Positions 52,193-61,613 of a DNA stretch of 64,000 nucleotides are shown here, piece after piece (position 1 is the stretch's first letter; each line of letters opens with the position of its first letter). The position numbers were made by a program, and so were the translations under genes. The stretch lies in assembly GCA_040757085.1 (NCBI GenBank), contig JBFLXJ010000023.1, forward strand, positions 64,457 through 128,456, in the 5' to 3' direction. This DNA is from Bacillota bacterium. Its GTDB lineage: Bacteria; Bacillota; Sulfobacillia; JACIYH01. The notes beneath the pieces were generated by a model that saw only the letters and a list, made by a program, of their open reading frames with translations, was not told the origin of the DNA and ran no database searches.

Positions 52193-53212
52193 TTGGCAAC
52201 TGACGTGGGGGTGGATCTGGGCACCGCCAGTGTACTCATTTTTGTGCGCGGTAAGGGCGTGGTCCTGCGGGAACCCTCGGTGGTCGCGGTAGCGGCCGAG
52301 ACCGGGAGGGTCCTGGCGGTGGGTGAGGAAGCCCGCCGCATGCTGGGACGCACCCCGGGGACCATCGTCGCGGTGCGGCCGCTGCGGGAGGGTGTGATCG
52401 CCGACTTCGACCTGACCGAGGCCATGCTCCAGCACTTCCTCGGTCGCGTGCTGGGCAGGCGGACGATCCTGCGGCCTTCCGTGGTGGTATGCATACCCTC
52501 GGCCTGCACGGGGGTGGAGCGCCGCGCCGTGATCGAAGCGGCCATGCGGGCGGGAGCCAGCCGGGCCCTGGTCATACAGGAACCCCTGGCGGCTGCCCTG
52601 GGGGCGGGATTGGATATCACCCAGCCGCGGGGCCATTTGGTGTGTGACATCGGGGGCGGGACGACCGACGTAGCGGTGATATCCCTGGGCGGCGTGGTGA
52701 CCGCCGGTAGCATCAGGGTGGGCGGGGACAAGTGCGACGAGGCCATCGTGCGCTACCTGCGCCTTCGCCACGGTCTGGGGGTGGGTGACCGCACCGCCGA
52801 GGAACTCAAGATCTGCATCGGCACGGCGGTGCCCGATCTGCGGCACGACGAGATGGAGGTGCGCGGGCGTGACCTGGTCACCGGGTTGCCGCGCAGCGTC
52901 GCCGTTACCTCCTCGGACCTGGCCGAGGCCATGGCGGAGCCGCTCTCCGAGATAATCCACCTTATTCGTGAAGTCCTGGAGCGAACGCCCCCCGAACTGG
53001 CTGCTGACATTGCCGACCAGGGTGTGGTGTTGACCGGAGGAGGGGCACTGCTGCACGGTATGGATGCCTTGATCTCCCGTGAAACCGGCCTTGCCGTACA
53101 CATACCCGACGACCCCATCTCGTGCGTGGCGCGGGGGACCGGGCGCGCCCTGGACTTTCTGGCGTGTCATCCGGACCACGTGGACTTCATGCGCAAGATC
53201 AGTGTGGTCTGA
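52193..53212 (+). CDS. mreB: rod-shape determining actin homologue MreB/Mbl
   Basis: VDLGTASVLIFVRGKGVVLREPSVVAV...VCDIGGGTTDVAVISLGGVV. 339 aa. Confidence 0.9.
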   Translation: MATDVGVDLGTASVLIFVRGKGVVLREPSVVAVAAETGRVLAVGEEARRMLGRTPGTIVAVRPLREGVIADFDLTEAMLQHFLGRVLGRRTILRPSVVVCIPSACTGVERRAVIEAAMRAGASRALVIQEPLAAALGAGLDITQPRGHLVCDIGGGTTDVAVISLGGVVTAGSIRVGGDKCDEAIVRYLRLRHGLGVGDRTAEELKICIGTAVPDLRHDEMEVRGRDLVTGLPRSVAVTSSDLAEAMAEPLSEIIHLIREVLERTPPELAADIADQGVVLTGGGALLHGMDALISRETGLAVHIPDDPISCVARGTGRALDFLACHPDHVDFMRKISVV

Positions 53213-53382
53213 GATCATGCCAGGAGGAAGGATTTTTCGCGCAGGTGGCGAATACCACCAATAGTGCAATAGTTCCTCGCGAAAGGGCAAACCCGTCGAA
53301 AGGCGGGGGCGCAAAGCTACGGGTCTAAAACCCACGTGGTCATGACGGCCGGGCTGCCGAACGAGGTCCTTGTGTTATAGGA

Positions 53383-53413
53383 GGGCCTGCCTGGCGGCAG
53401 GCCCTGTTGTTCC
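53383..53413 (+). terminator. putative intrinsic terminator/attenuator between mreB and flgF
   Basis: GGGCCTGCC-TGGC-GGCAGGCCC, a perfect 9-bp stem, followed by TGTTGTTCC, about 30 nt before the flgF start. Confidence 0.4.
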
Positions 53414-53443
53414 GAGGACAGCAAGATTGGGGGGGGGGCGGGC

Positions 53444-54184
53444 ATGCTGAGGGGGATCTATGCCGCCGGAGCTGGTATGGCGGCCGGGCTGGATCAGCTG
53501 GATGTAATCGCGGACAATGCGGCCAACGCCCAGACGCCCGGCTTCAAGGGCTGCATCCCCGTGGTGAAGGGTTTTCATTCCCTGTTGCTTTCTCGCGTAC
53601 GTGATGGTCCTGCGGTAGAGGTGGGCGGCCTCTCGACCGGGGCCGCGGTAGAGGGGGCAGTGACGGACTTTACTCCCGGTCCCCTGCGGCCTGTGGAGGA
53701 TCCCCTGGCCGTGGCCCTCACCGGGCCGGGATTCTTCGTGGTCCAGACTCCCGGCGGTGAGGCGTACACCCGCAACGGTATGTTCCGCCTGGATGCCGGG
53801 GGGCGCCTGGTTACCGGTACCGGTTATCCCGTCCTGGGGGAACGGGGGCCAGTTGCGGCCGGGCCGGACGCCTCCATCCTGGCCAGCGGCGAGGTGGTGA
53901 GCGGTGATCGGGTGGTGGATCGCCTGCGGGTGGTGGAATTTGCCCGCCCGGAGGGCTTGCAGCGCGTGGGGGATGGCCTGTTCGTGGCCGGGCCAGAGGC
54001 GGGGCCGCCCCGTCCCGCTGAAGCGGTCCTTGCCCCCGGTTTTGTGGAAAGCGCGAACGTAAACCCGGTGACCGAGATGGTGAGACTGATCGCTCTCCTG
54101 CGGGCTTACGAGGCCTGTCAAAAGGCCCTCCGGGTGCAGGACGACACCCTGGGGCAGGCGGTGCGCGAGATCGCCCGCATCTGA
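53444..54184 (+). CDS. flgF: flagellar basal-body rod protein (FlgF/FlhO-like)
   Basis: MLRGIYAAGAGMAAGLDQLDVIADNAANAQTPGFK N-terminal rod motif. C-terminal ...SANVNPVTEMVRLIALLRAYEA. Confidence 0.8.
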   Translation: MLRGIYAAGAGMAAGLDQLDVIADNAANAQTPGFKGCIPVVKGFHSLLLSRVRDGPAVEVGGLSTGAAVEGAVTDFTPGPLRPVEDPLAVALTGPGFFVVQTPGGEAYTRNGMFRLDAGGRLVTGTGYPVLGERGPVAAGPDASILASGEVVSGDRVVDRLRVVEFARPEGLQRVGDGLFVAGPEAGPPRPAEAVLAPGFVESANVNPVTEMVRLIALLRAYEACQKALRVQDDTLGQAVREIARI

Positions 54185-54209
54185 TCGATGGGGGAAGGGG
54201 GAGGGTGCG

Positions 54210-55025
54210 ATGCTGAGGGCGTTATGGGCGGCGGCGTCGGGGATGATCGCCCAGCAGACGGCGGTGGACGTCATTTCCCACAACCTGGCCAACGTAAACA
54301 CCGCCGGGTTCAAGGCCAGCCGGGTGGAGTTTGGAGACGTGGTCTCGGGCAGCAATCCTCCCGCCGCGGGGGCCCAGATCGCATGGCCCGGATCTTCCCC
54401 CGGACAGCCGGCGTGGACGGGGCAGGCTGTGGCGGGGGCGGGCGTTGAGGGTGCGGGGGTCAGGGTGGTGGGCACCAGGCGTTCGTTTCTGCCAGGCCAG
54501 CTGGAGCAAACCGGACAGCCTCTCGACCTGGCCATCCACGGTCCCGGATTCTTCCGGGTGGAACTTGAGGGCGGCGAGACGTTCTACACCCGGTCCGGTT
54601 CCTTCCGCCTGGGGCCGGACGGGAAGATCTACACCTCGGAGGGGCACCGGCTGGCGGTGTCATCCTGGGACAAATCCGAGGGCGTGGATGCTGGTGCCAT
54701 CCGGGTGGACCCGGACGGGCGCATGTGGGTGAAGGTGAACGGGAGCACTCGCCAATTGGGGGAGATCGTCCTGGTGACGTTCCCCAATCCCGCCGGGCTC
54801 CAGGCTGCGGGCGGGGGCCTGTACCGCGAGACAGATGCTTCCGGTAAGCCGCGGACCGGTGGAGAACCGGGGGAGATCTGGCAGGGATTCTTGGAGAGGT
54901 CCAACGTACAGGTGGTCGAGGAGATCGTCGGTCTCATCATGGCCCAGCGTGCCTACGAGATGAACAGCAAGGTGGTGCAGGCTGCCGATGAGATGCTGGG
55001 TATGGCCAACAACCTCCGCCGTTAG
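54210..55025 (+). CDS. flgG: flagellar basal-body rod protein FlgG (FlhP-like)
   Basis: MLRALWAAASGMIAQQTAVDVISHNLANVNTAGFK. C-terminal SNVQVVEEIVGLIMAQRAYEMNSKVV. Gly/Ala/Pro insertion after residue 45. Confidence 0.85.
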   Translation: MLRALWAAASGMIAQQTAVDVISHNLANVNTAGFKASRVEFGDVVSGSNPPAAGAQIAWPGSSPGQPAWTGQAVAGAGVEGAGVRVVGTRRSFLPGQLEQTGQPLDLAIHGPGFFRVELEGGETFYTRSGSFRLGPDGKIYTSEGHRLAVSSWDKSEGVDAGAIRVDPDGRMWVKVNGSTRQLGEIVLVTFPNPAGLQAAGGGLYRETDASGKPRTGGEPGEIWQGFLERSNVQVVEEIVGLIMAQRAYEMNSKVVQAADEMLGMANNLRR

Positions 55026-55089
55026 CCCCGCCGTCCTGCCTGCCGGGGCGTGCCGGCCGCCTGGTGCGGCGTGGTCCACGGCTGCTGCG

Positions 55090-55383
55090 ATGGCGGGGTT
55101 CCGGCTGTCGGGTGCTGCGACCGCACCCGGGGGAACCCCGGCTCTCAGGGAGGTGTCTGAGGGGTTTGCCGCCATCCTGTGGGAGGAAGTGCTCAAGGGG
55201 TTCCAGAAAGCCATGGTCCCGAACCTGACGGGAATGGCCGGTGGTTCCGTCTACGCCGGGCTGGCCCTCCAGGTGCTAGCACGGGAGATGGCGCGCCAGG
55301 CTGGCCTGGCGGACTTCCTGTATCGGGCCCTGGCCGACCGCCCCCAGGAGGTTCGACGGGGGAAGGAAATCGCCCTCTCCTGA
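55090..55383 (+). CDS. flagellar rod-binding protein (FlgJ N-terminal-like Rod_binding domain)
   Basis: ATG 55090. FAAILWEEVLKGFQKAMVPNLTGMAGGSVYAGLALQVLAREMARQAGLADFLY fits the Rod_binding family. The track ORF start at 54988 is probably upstream of the true start. Confidence 0.55.
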   Translation: MAGFRLSGAATAPGGTPALREVSEGFAAILWEEVLKGFQKAMVPNLTGMAGGSVYAGLALQVLAREMARQAGLADFLYRALADRPQEVRRGKEIALS

Positions 55384-55507
55384 ATAGAATATGGGTGGTT
55401 GCAGGTAGATAGCGTTGGTGACACCCCGGCGACCTCGAGTTCGCAGGGGTGTTCCCGGAGGCGGGCCTCAATACTCCCGGCCCAGGCTAGGGGCCCGCCT
55501 CAATTTA

Positions 55508-55537
55508 TTGACAGGAAGCCCCCCGTTATGGTACCGT
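55508..55537 (+). promoter_or_regulatory. putative sigma-A promoter for the S-box leader
   Basis: TTGACA - 18 nt - TACCGT, about 24 nt upstream of riboswitch P1. Confidence 0.35.
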
Positions 55538-55560
55538 TAGGGCGCAACCGAATAGCGTGG

Positions 55561-55664
55561 CTCTTATCAAGAGCGGCGGAGGGACGGGCCCGATGAAGCC
55601 CGGCAACCGGCCCCGGCCGGGGCAGCGGTGCCAAGCCCTGCAGAGTCTTTCTGAGGGATGAGAG
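55561..55664 (+). promoter_or_regulatory. SAM-I (S-box) riboswitch
   Basis: CTCTTATCAAGAGCGGCGGAGGGACGGGCCCGATGAAGCCCGGCAACC...GGTGCCAAGCCCTGCAGAG...GATGAGAG matches the S-box consensus almost base for base (P1 CTCTTATC/GATGAGAG, kink-turn GATGA, GGTGC-AA-CC-GC pseudoknot region). Confidence 0.85.
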
Positions 55665-55681
55665 GTGCGCAACGCCTTAAA

Positions 55682-55710
55682 CCTCTTCGGAAAGAAGGGG
55701 TTTTGCGTTT
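55682..55710 (+). terminator. S-box expression-platform terminator
   Basis: CCTCTTC-GGAAA-GAAGGGG followed by TTTTGCGTTT. The 3' strand of P1 (GAGAGG) can alternatively pair with CCTCTT (antiterminator). Confidence 0.6.
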
Positions 55711-55711
55711 C

Positions 55712-56755
55712 ATGACGGACGAGCGCCCGGGATCGATGGTAGCAACGGGGATAGGGAGCCTGCCCCACCGGCAGGTGGACGCGGCGGTGCGGGCGGTGCT
55801 GTCCGCATTCCCGGGCTTGCCCTACTGGCCGCAACTCCCCCGGCGCGCCCCGGAAGAAAACATGTACCGGCAGTTCCTCACCGGGATGCCGGGGCTGGTC
55901 GAGAGAAATGGTTCCCCGGCAGTGCCGGACTGGGACCAGTTCTGGAACGAACTGGGCGACCTGCTGGCCCGGTACACGGCGGGGGACGATTCCCCCGGTG
56001 CCATCCCTCCGGAACGGGCCGCCGGATTGTGGGCGCTGGCAGGGCAGGGAGAGAGGGTGGGGAAGGCTCTGGGCATCAAGGGGCAGGTGACCGGTCCGGT
56101 GAGCATGGGCCTTTCGCTCCCGGGGCCGGATGGTCGCCCCGTCCTTTACGATCCCCGCCTGATGGAGGCGCTGGTATCGCTGCTAGAACTCAAAGTGCGC
56201 TGGCAGGAGCGCTTCCTGCGGCAGATCCATCCCATGACTCTGCTGTTCCTCGACGAGCCCTACCTTGGCACGGTGGGATCTGCCTTCTACGCCTACGACG
56301 CCAGGCAGGCCCGGGAGTGGCTGGATAAGGTGCTGGGTAGCGCTAGCGGGCTGACGGGCATCCACTGCTGCGCCAACACGGACTGGGGCATGCTGCTGGG
56401 CCTGGACATCGACGTGATATCCTTCGATGCTTACTCCTACTTCGACAACTTCGCCCTGTACGTGCCTGCCCTGCGCGAATTCCTGGAGAGGGGAGGGTGC
56501 ATCGCCTGGGGGATAGTACCGGCGGACGGTGAGGTGATCCGCAGGGAGTCGGCTGCTTCGTTGCTGGAGCGGTTGAAGGCCCAGATAGACGCGCTTGTCG
56601 CCGCTGGGCTCCCCCAGGACCGGCTGGTGCGCCAGAGCCTGATCACGCCCTCGTGCGGGTTGGGTTCGCTGACGGTGGAGGACGCCGAAACGGTACTGCG
56701 CGTGTGCGGGGAAGTATCGCGTTTGGCGCAGGAGAGGTTCCCCCTGCGCGTGTGA
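55712..56755 (+). CDS. core-MetE-like methyltransferase (cobalamin-independent methionine synthase C-terminal-domain family / UroD-like)
   Basis: ATG 55712 just after the terminator. VATGIGSLPH (compare MetE TTTIGSFPQ). Candidate Zn ligands in GIHCCANTDW and ITPSCGLGS. About 347 aa, with no MetE N-terminal domain. Confidence 0.65.
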   Translation: MTDERPGSMVATGIGSLPHRQVDAAVRAVLSAFPGLPYWPQLPRRAPEENMYRQFLTGMPGLVERNGSPAVPDWDQFWNELGDLLARYTAGDDSPGAIPPERAAGLWALAGQGERVGKALGIKGQVTGPVSMGLSLPGPDGRPVLYDPRLMEALVSLLELKVRWQERFLRQIHPMTLLFLDEPYLGTVGSAFYAYDARQAREWLDKVLGSASGLTGIHCCANTDWGMLLGLDIDVISFDAYSYFDNFALYVPALREFLERGGCIAWGIVPADGEVIRRESAASLLERLKAQIDALVAAGLPQDRLVRQSLITPSCGLGSLTVEDAETVLRVCGEVSRLAQERFPLRV

Positions 56756-56831
56756 AGCCGAGGCAAGGTTCGGAGTGCGCGTGTGAGCAGGGCGGGAGTG
56801 CCCGCTTAACGCAAGGAAAGGAGGTCCCAAG

Positions 56832-58052
56832 GTGCCCCAGGGTCGTTACCTGTTCACCTCAGAGTCGGTGACTGAAGGCCATCCCGACAAGATCGCCGAT
56901 CAGATTTCCGACGCCATCCTGGATGCTATCCTGGCTCAGGACCCGGACGCGCGGGTGGCCTGCGAGACGGCTGTGAAGACGGGCCTGGTACTCGTCTTCG
57001 GCGAGATTTCCACCGATTGTTACGTGGATATGCCCCACATCATCAGGGAAACGTTGCGCGAGATCGGATACACACGGGCCAAGTACGGCTTTGACTGCGA
57101 CACCTGTGCCGTTCTCACCGCTATCGAAGAGCAGTCGCCCGACATCGCCCTGGGGGTTGATCGGGCGCTGGAGGTGAAACAGGGGGGTTCCGGTGACGAG
57201 CTTGACCTCACCGGGGCGGGTGACCAGGGCATGATGGTGGGATACGCCTGCCGCGAGACCCCCGAGCTCATGCCTCTGGCCATCTCGCTCGCGCACAAGC
57301 TGGCCCAGAGACTCGCGCGAGTGCGCAAGGAGAGGGAACTACCCTACCTGCGCCCCGACGGCAAGACGCAGGTGACCATCGAGTACGAGGACGGTATACC
57401 CCTGCGGGCCGACTGCATAGTGGTTTCTGCGCAGCACAAGCCCGACGTCCCACTGGCCGTGCTTAAGGAAGACATCGTCGAGCACGTGGTGCGGCCCGTG
57501 GTGCCTGCACACCTGCTCGACGACCGCACCCGCATCCTGGTGAATCCCACGGGCAGGTTCGTGGTGGGTGGCCCCCAGGGCGACGCGGGCCTCACCGGGC
57601 GCAAGATCATAGTGGATACTTACGGGGGATACGCACGCCACGGCGGCGGGTGTTTCTCCGGCAAGGATCCCACCAAGGTCGACCGCTCCGGGTCTTACTA
57701 CGCCCGCTACGTGGCCAAGAACATCGTGGCCGCCGGTCTGGCCGAGAAGTGCGAACTGCAGGTGGCGTACGCCATCGGGGTGGCCCGTCCCGTGTCCCTG
57801 ATGATCGACACCTTCGGCACCGCCGTGATCCCGGAGAGCCGCATCCTGGAACTGGTCGAGCGGTACTTCGATTTCCGCCCCGCCGCCATAATATCTCAAC
57901 TGGACCTTCGGCGCCCCATATACCGCCAGGTGGCCGCTTACGGCCACTTCGGCCGCCCCGAACTGGACCTGCCGTGGGAGCGCACGGACCGCGCTGCCCT
58001 CCTCCGCGAGGCCGCTGCCATCGTGGACACCCCTACTTCGCGCACCTGCTGA
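56832..58052 (+). CDS. metK: S-adenosylmethionine synthetase
   Basis: GTG after [41 protein letters not shown]...[12 protein letters not shown]...[34 protein letters not shown]. Confidence 0.95.
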   Translation: MPQGRYLFTSESVTEGHPDKIADQISDAILDAILAQDPDARVACETAVKTGLVLVFGEISTDCYVDMPHIIRETLREIGYTRAKYGFDCDTCAVLTAIEEQSPDIALGVDRALEVKQGGSGDELDLTGAGDQGMMVGYACRETPELMPLAISLAHKLAQRLARVRKERELPYLRPDGKTQVTIEYEDGIPLRADCIVVSAQHKPDVPLAVLKEDIVEHVVRPVVPAHLLDDRTRILVNPTGRFVVGGPQGDAGLTGRKIIVDTYGGYARHGGGCFSGKDPTKVDRSGSYYARYVAKNIVAAGLAEKCELQVAYAIGVARPVSLMIDTFGTAVIPESRILELVERYFDFRPAAIISQLDLRRPIYRQVAAYGHFGRPELDLPWERTDRAALLREAAAIVDTPTSRTC

Positions 58053-58124
58053 GGGGCGAGCGTGTGGGCGGACGGGTCGGACCCTTCCTGGTGCATATAA
58101 TGGCGGTGCCAGGGGGGAGAGGGC

Positions 58125-58607
58125 TTGTGGTGGCTCGTGGCCGCGGGTCTGGCGGTTTTGGGTCTGGTTTTCTGGCAGGCAGTGGTTGCCTGGTGGGAGA
58201 CGAGGGGGTGGCCGGAGGGTGGCTACCCTCTGCTCATGGTGCTCATCCACGACCAGGCTGAGGTTGTGGAGGGTTTATTGCGGGCCGTGCTGCGCTTGCT
58301 GGCCTGGTCGGCGAGCGGGCAGAACTGGGATGTGGTGGTCCTGGACACGGGCTCCCGTGACGAAACCCCGGTCATTGCCCGCCGGTTGCTCTCGGACACG
58401 GGCGTCCCGTTTGTACAGACGGGAGGGGAATGGTGCCGGGTCGTGGAGGAAGCTGCCCACCGGGGGCGACCGGTGTTGCTGGTGCCCCTGGGGGAGAGCA
58501 AAACTCTCTGCCGGCTTCCGGGCGGGGTGGGGAGATTTCTGGGTGGCAAAAGCAGGATATTCTTTCCCGCTGGCGAATTACAGGATAAATGTAATGCGAG
58601 GAGTTGA
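58125..58607 (+). CDS. hypothetical membrane-anchored GT2-like fragment (low confidence)
   Basis: N-terminal TM (WWLVAAGLAVLGLVFW). LLMVLIHDQAEVVEGLLRAVL...DVVVLDTGSRDETPVIARRLL resembles the first half of a family-2 glycosyltransferase fold. Only 160 aa, and overlaps an alternative frame. Confidence 0.3.
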   Translation: MWWLVAAGLAVLGLVFWQAVVAWWETRGWPEGGYPLLMVLIHDQAEVVEGLLRAVLRLLAWSASGQNWDVVVLDTGSRDETPVIARRLLSDTGVPFVQTGGEWCRVVEEAAHRGRPVLLVPLGESKTLCRLPGGVGRFLGGKSRIFFPAGELQDKCNARS

Positions 58608-60294
58608 CCGCAGGTTGTCCGGCGGGGCGCCGGGGCACCGGATCTATGCTTGGGCGGTTGGCGTCGGGGGGGTTGCTGCGGCTGTGGTGGTGTCCGCACC
58701 GAGCTCCGGCACCGACCCGCTAATGTTGCTTTCTTTCATCGGCATGGGTGCCCTGGCGGAGTTCCTGGATGTGCGCCTGCCCACAGGGCTTCGCCTGAGC
58801 CTGAGCTTCGCTCCCGTATTGCCCGCTTTTCTCCTGCTGGGCACCGCCCAGGCCGCGTGGGTCAATATGGCATCCACTCTGCTGGGTAATGCTCTTCCCC
58901 GCCGGCGTCCGGCCTTCATCGCTGTGTTCAACATGGGGCAGTTTGCCCTCGCCTGTCTGGCGGCGGGCTTCGTGTACCGGGCTGCAGGTGGCACCGTGGG
59001 TCCGGCGGTGATGTTCCTGGCTCTCACTTACTTCCTGGTGAATCACCTCCTGGTCACGTGGTATGCGGGCTGGCGGGATGCAGGGGACATCAGGCGCGCG
59101 CCCCGGAAGGCCCTCGAGGTGATCCGGGGCTCGCTGCCGTGGGACGCGCTTAACTACCTGGTGACGATCCCGCTGGGGGTCAGCATCGCCAGCGCCTACC
59201 GGTTGCAGGGACTCCCTTGGGCTGTCCTGGTGTTCGTCCCGGTACTGGCGGTCGGGTATATTTTGAGGTTACACCTGGAACTGCAAGCGGCCCACCGTCG
59301 GCTCACCGTGATCCAGCAGGTGGGGCAGCAACTGAATGCCACCCTGGAACGCGAGCGTGTCCTGGACATGCTCATGCAAGCCATCCGCAGCCTGGTCAAG
59401 TGTGACGTGTGTGCCATTTTCCTGGGGGGCAGCGAAGACGGTGTCCTGCAACTGGCCCGTCTCGACCACCCTTATCCGGCCGGTTTCTCTCTATCCTCCC
59501 TCCGCCCAGGCGAGGGGGTTCTGGGACGCCTGGTCGCGGAGCGGCGGGCCGTGGTCACGAACGATGCCCTGGCGGCGGGGTGGGTGCAGGCCGACCCGGA
59601 GGACCCCGTCCCACCCCGGGGCGCGGCCGTGGTCCCGCTGCTGATGGATGAGGGCTTGCTGGGGATACTGTGGGTTTCTTCGGCAGAGCCGCGCGCCTGC
59701 TCGCCCCAGGAGTTGCAGGCCCTGGAGGTACTGGGGACGCAGGCAGCGGTGGCGGTACAGAACGCCACCCTGTACCGCAAGGCGGAGGAGCTTTCCGTGA
59801 CCGACGGCCTCACCGGGCTGTTCAACCACAGGTATTTTACCCACCAGTTGCAGTACACCATAGGCCAGTGTCGCGCCCGGGGTGAGACGGTGGCCCTGGT
59901 GTACGTGGATTTGGACGACCTGGGACACTACAACGACACCTACGGTCACGTGGTGGGAGACGAGTTGCTGCGCGAATTCGGGCAGACCCTGCGTTCCGCC
60001 GTCCGGGAAATAGATGTCCCGACCCGGTACGGGGGTGACGAATTCGCCGTCATCCTGGCCGGCGCCTCCCGGGAGGAGGCACTGGCGGTGGCAGAACGCA
60101 TCCGGGCGCGGGTGGAATCTCACGCGTTCCAGGGGCCGACCGGCCCGTTACGGATAACGGCCAGCATCGGAGTGGCTGTATTCCCCGAGGATGCCCAGGA
60201 CGTCACCGACCTGGTGCGGGCGGCTGACCGGGCCATGTACGAGGCCAAGACTTTGGGCGGCAACCGGGTGATGTGTCCGTCGTGCCCACGCTGA
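58594..60294 (+). CDS. membrane sensor diguanylate cyclase (multi-TM N-domain + GAF + GGDEF)
   Basis: ATG 58594. The upstream 136 codons of the track ORF are Arg/Cys/Trp-rich out-of-frame-like sequence. About 7 TM helices. GAF (VCAIFLGGSEDGVLQLARL...GILWVSSAEP). GGDEF with intact RYGGDEF and DxLTGLFNHRYF. Confidence 0.85.
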   Translation: MRGVDRRLSGGAPGHRIYAWAVGVGGVAAAVVVSAPSSGTDPLMLLSFIGMGALAEFLDVRLPTGLRLSLSFAPVLPAFLLLGTAQAAWVNMASTLLGNALPRRRPAFIAVFNMGQFALACLAAGFVYRAAGGTVGPAVMFLALTYFLVNHLLVTWYAGWRDAGDIRRAPRKALEVIRGSLPWDALNYLVTIPLGVSIASAYRLQGLPWAVLVFVPVLAVGYILRLHLELQAAHRRLTVIQQVGQQLNATLERERVLDMLMQAIRSLVKCDVCAIFLGGSEDGVLQLARLDHPYPAGFSLSSLRPGEGVLGRLVAERRAVVTNDALAAGWVQADPEDPVPPRGAAVVPLLMDEGLLGILWVSSAEPRACSPQELQALEVLGTQAAVAVQNATLYRKAEELSVTDGLTGLFNHRYFTHQLQYTIGQCRARGETVALVYVDLDDLGHYNDTYGHVVGDELLREFGQTLRSAVREIDVPTRYGGDEFAVILAGASREEALAVAERIRARVESHAFQGPTGPLRITASIGVAVFPEDAQDVTDLVRAADRAMYEAKTLGGNRVMCPSCPR

Positions 60295-61109
60295 GCGGTG
60301 AGCACCGGGAGCCCTGGTACGCGGCCGCCCGCCGCCTACTGGAAGGGGTTGACCGCCTGGTTTTCCCGCCGCCGGCCCGCTGCCTGGTGTGCGGCCGGGA
60401 GGGGCCATTCCCCGCCCATATCTGTGCGTCGTGCCTCATGGGCTGGCGCCGTGAGCTGGAGCATTCCTGCCCCTGCTGCGGCCGGCCCTCCGGCCCATCG
60501 GGTAGCCACGCGCCCTGGGGCCGGGCGTCTCTCGCCGGGCCTTTTTCTGCCAGGGCGGCGGAGTCGTCACGACCGGCCGGGCTGTGCCGGGAGTGCGGGT
60601 CGTACCCCGCACCCTGGGATAAGGTGCGGCCGGTCGGCCTGTATCGGGGTGCCCTGCGCGAGCTTATCTGCCGGTTCAAGTACGGGGGAGAGCGCTGGCT
60701 CGGTGCTCCCCTGGGTGAGATCATGGCGGGCGTGGGCCTGGCGACCCTTGCCCGGCCCGACTTCCTGGTGCCTGTCCCGTTGGGTGCGGGACGCTACCGG
60801 CAGCGCGGCTTCAATCAGGCCGAAGACCTGGCCCGCGTGGCGGGGCGACGATGGCGAGTTCCGGTGGTCAGGGCGCTCGCCCGCAGGCGACCCGGGCGGC
60901 GGCAGGCGGGGCTGGACCGGGCCAGCAGGTGGGAAAACCTGGCCGGTGTATTCGAACCCCTTATGGATTTGCGGGGAGCAACGATAACGGTTGTGGATGA
61001 TGTAATGACCACGGGGGCCACCCTGGCTAACTGCGCCTGGGCCCTGCTTCAGGCGGGGGCAGGGCGCGTGGACGGCCTGGTACTGGCCACCGTCCCCGGC
61101 GAAGGTTGA
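60273..61109 (+). CDS. comFC: ComF family protein (ComFC-like phosphoribosyltransferase with N-terminal double zinc ribbon)
   Basis: CLVCGREGPFPAHICASCL...CPCCGRP zinc ribbons. PRTase motif ITVVDDVMTTGATL. GLYRGALRELICRFKYGGERWLGAPLG. About 45-aa low-complexity insertion. Confidence 0.8.
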   Translation: MSVVPTLSGEHREPWYAAARRLLEGVDRLVFPPPARCLVCGREGPFPAHICASCLMGWRRELEHSCPCCGRPSGPSGSHAPWGRASLAGPFSARAAESSRPAGLCRECGSYPAPWDKVRPVGLYRGALRELICRFKYGGERWLGAPLGEIMAGVGLATLARPDFLVPVPLGAGRYRQRGFNQAEDLARVAGRRWRVPVVRALARRRPGRRQAGLDRASRWENLAGVFEPLMDLRGATITVVDDVMTTGATLANCAWALLQAGAGRVDGLVLATVPGEG

Positions 61110-61128
61110 TGACAAGGGGTCGGCAGGC

Positions 61129-61590
61129 ATGCAGGACATCCGTAACTGTCCCAGGTGCGGGCGCGTGTTCGTGTTCGGGGGCAGGGAGATCTGTCCTTCC
61201 TGCGTAGCCGAGGAAGAGGAGCAGTTCGAGCGGGTCCGTCGCTTCCTGCGGGAATCGCCGGGTGCCACTCTGGAGGAGGTGGCAGAGGCAACCGGCGCGC
61301 CCGTGGAGTTGATCCTCTCGTTCCTGCGCCAGGGCCGCCTCATCGCGACCGAAGGTTTGAAGGGTGTCCTGGCCTGCCAGCGTTGCGGGGCGCCCATCGA
61401 CGAAGGGTACCTGTGTCCGGAGTGTTCCCGGGAGCTGGCCAGGGAGGTGGGGCGTGCAGCAGGCGGGGGGGTACCAGAAGAGCCTGCCCCCGATAACTCG
61501 CCGGCGCGGGGAGAGAACCTGCCTCGTGGCCGCATGCACGTGGCCGACCTCGTTAAGCGACGTCGCGAGCAGGACGATAAATATTCGTAG
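61129..61590 (+). CDS. flagellar operon protein YvyF-like (TIGR03826-type zinc-ribbon protein)
   Basis: CPRCGRVF...CPSCV and CQRCGAPI...CPECS Cys pairs. Position between comFC and flgM exactly as yvyF in B. subtilis. Confidence 0.65.
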   Translation: MQDIRNCPRCGRVFVFGGREICPSCVAEEEEQFERVRRFLRESPGATLEEVAEATGAPVELILSFLRQGRLIATEGLKGVLACQRCGAPIDEGYLCPECSRELAREVGRAAGGGVPEEPAPDNSPARGENLPRGRMHVADLVKRRREQDDKYS

Positions 61591-61613
61591 AGACCTCCGG
61601 GAGGAATATCCTC

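Noticed and set aside
53213-53443. sigma-D (sigma-28) promoter TAAA-N15-GCCGATAT upstream of flgF, and upstream of yvyF/flgM (61110-61128, 61591-61613)
   Set aside because: A TAAA is present near 53320, but the -10 region does not match GCCGATAT. The gaps before yvyF/flgM are too short and GC-rich to hold a match
58186-58593. N-terminal 136 codons of the track's 702-aa GGDEF ORF
   Set aside because: This stretch is Arg/Cys/Trp-rich frame noise. Membrane-domain sequence begins only after the ATG at 58594
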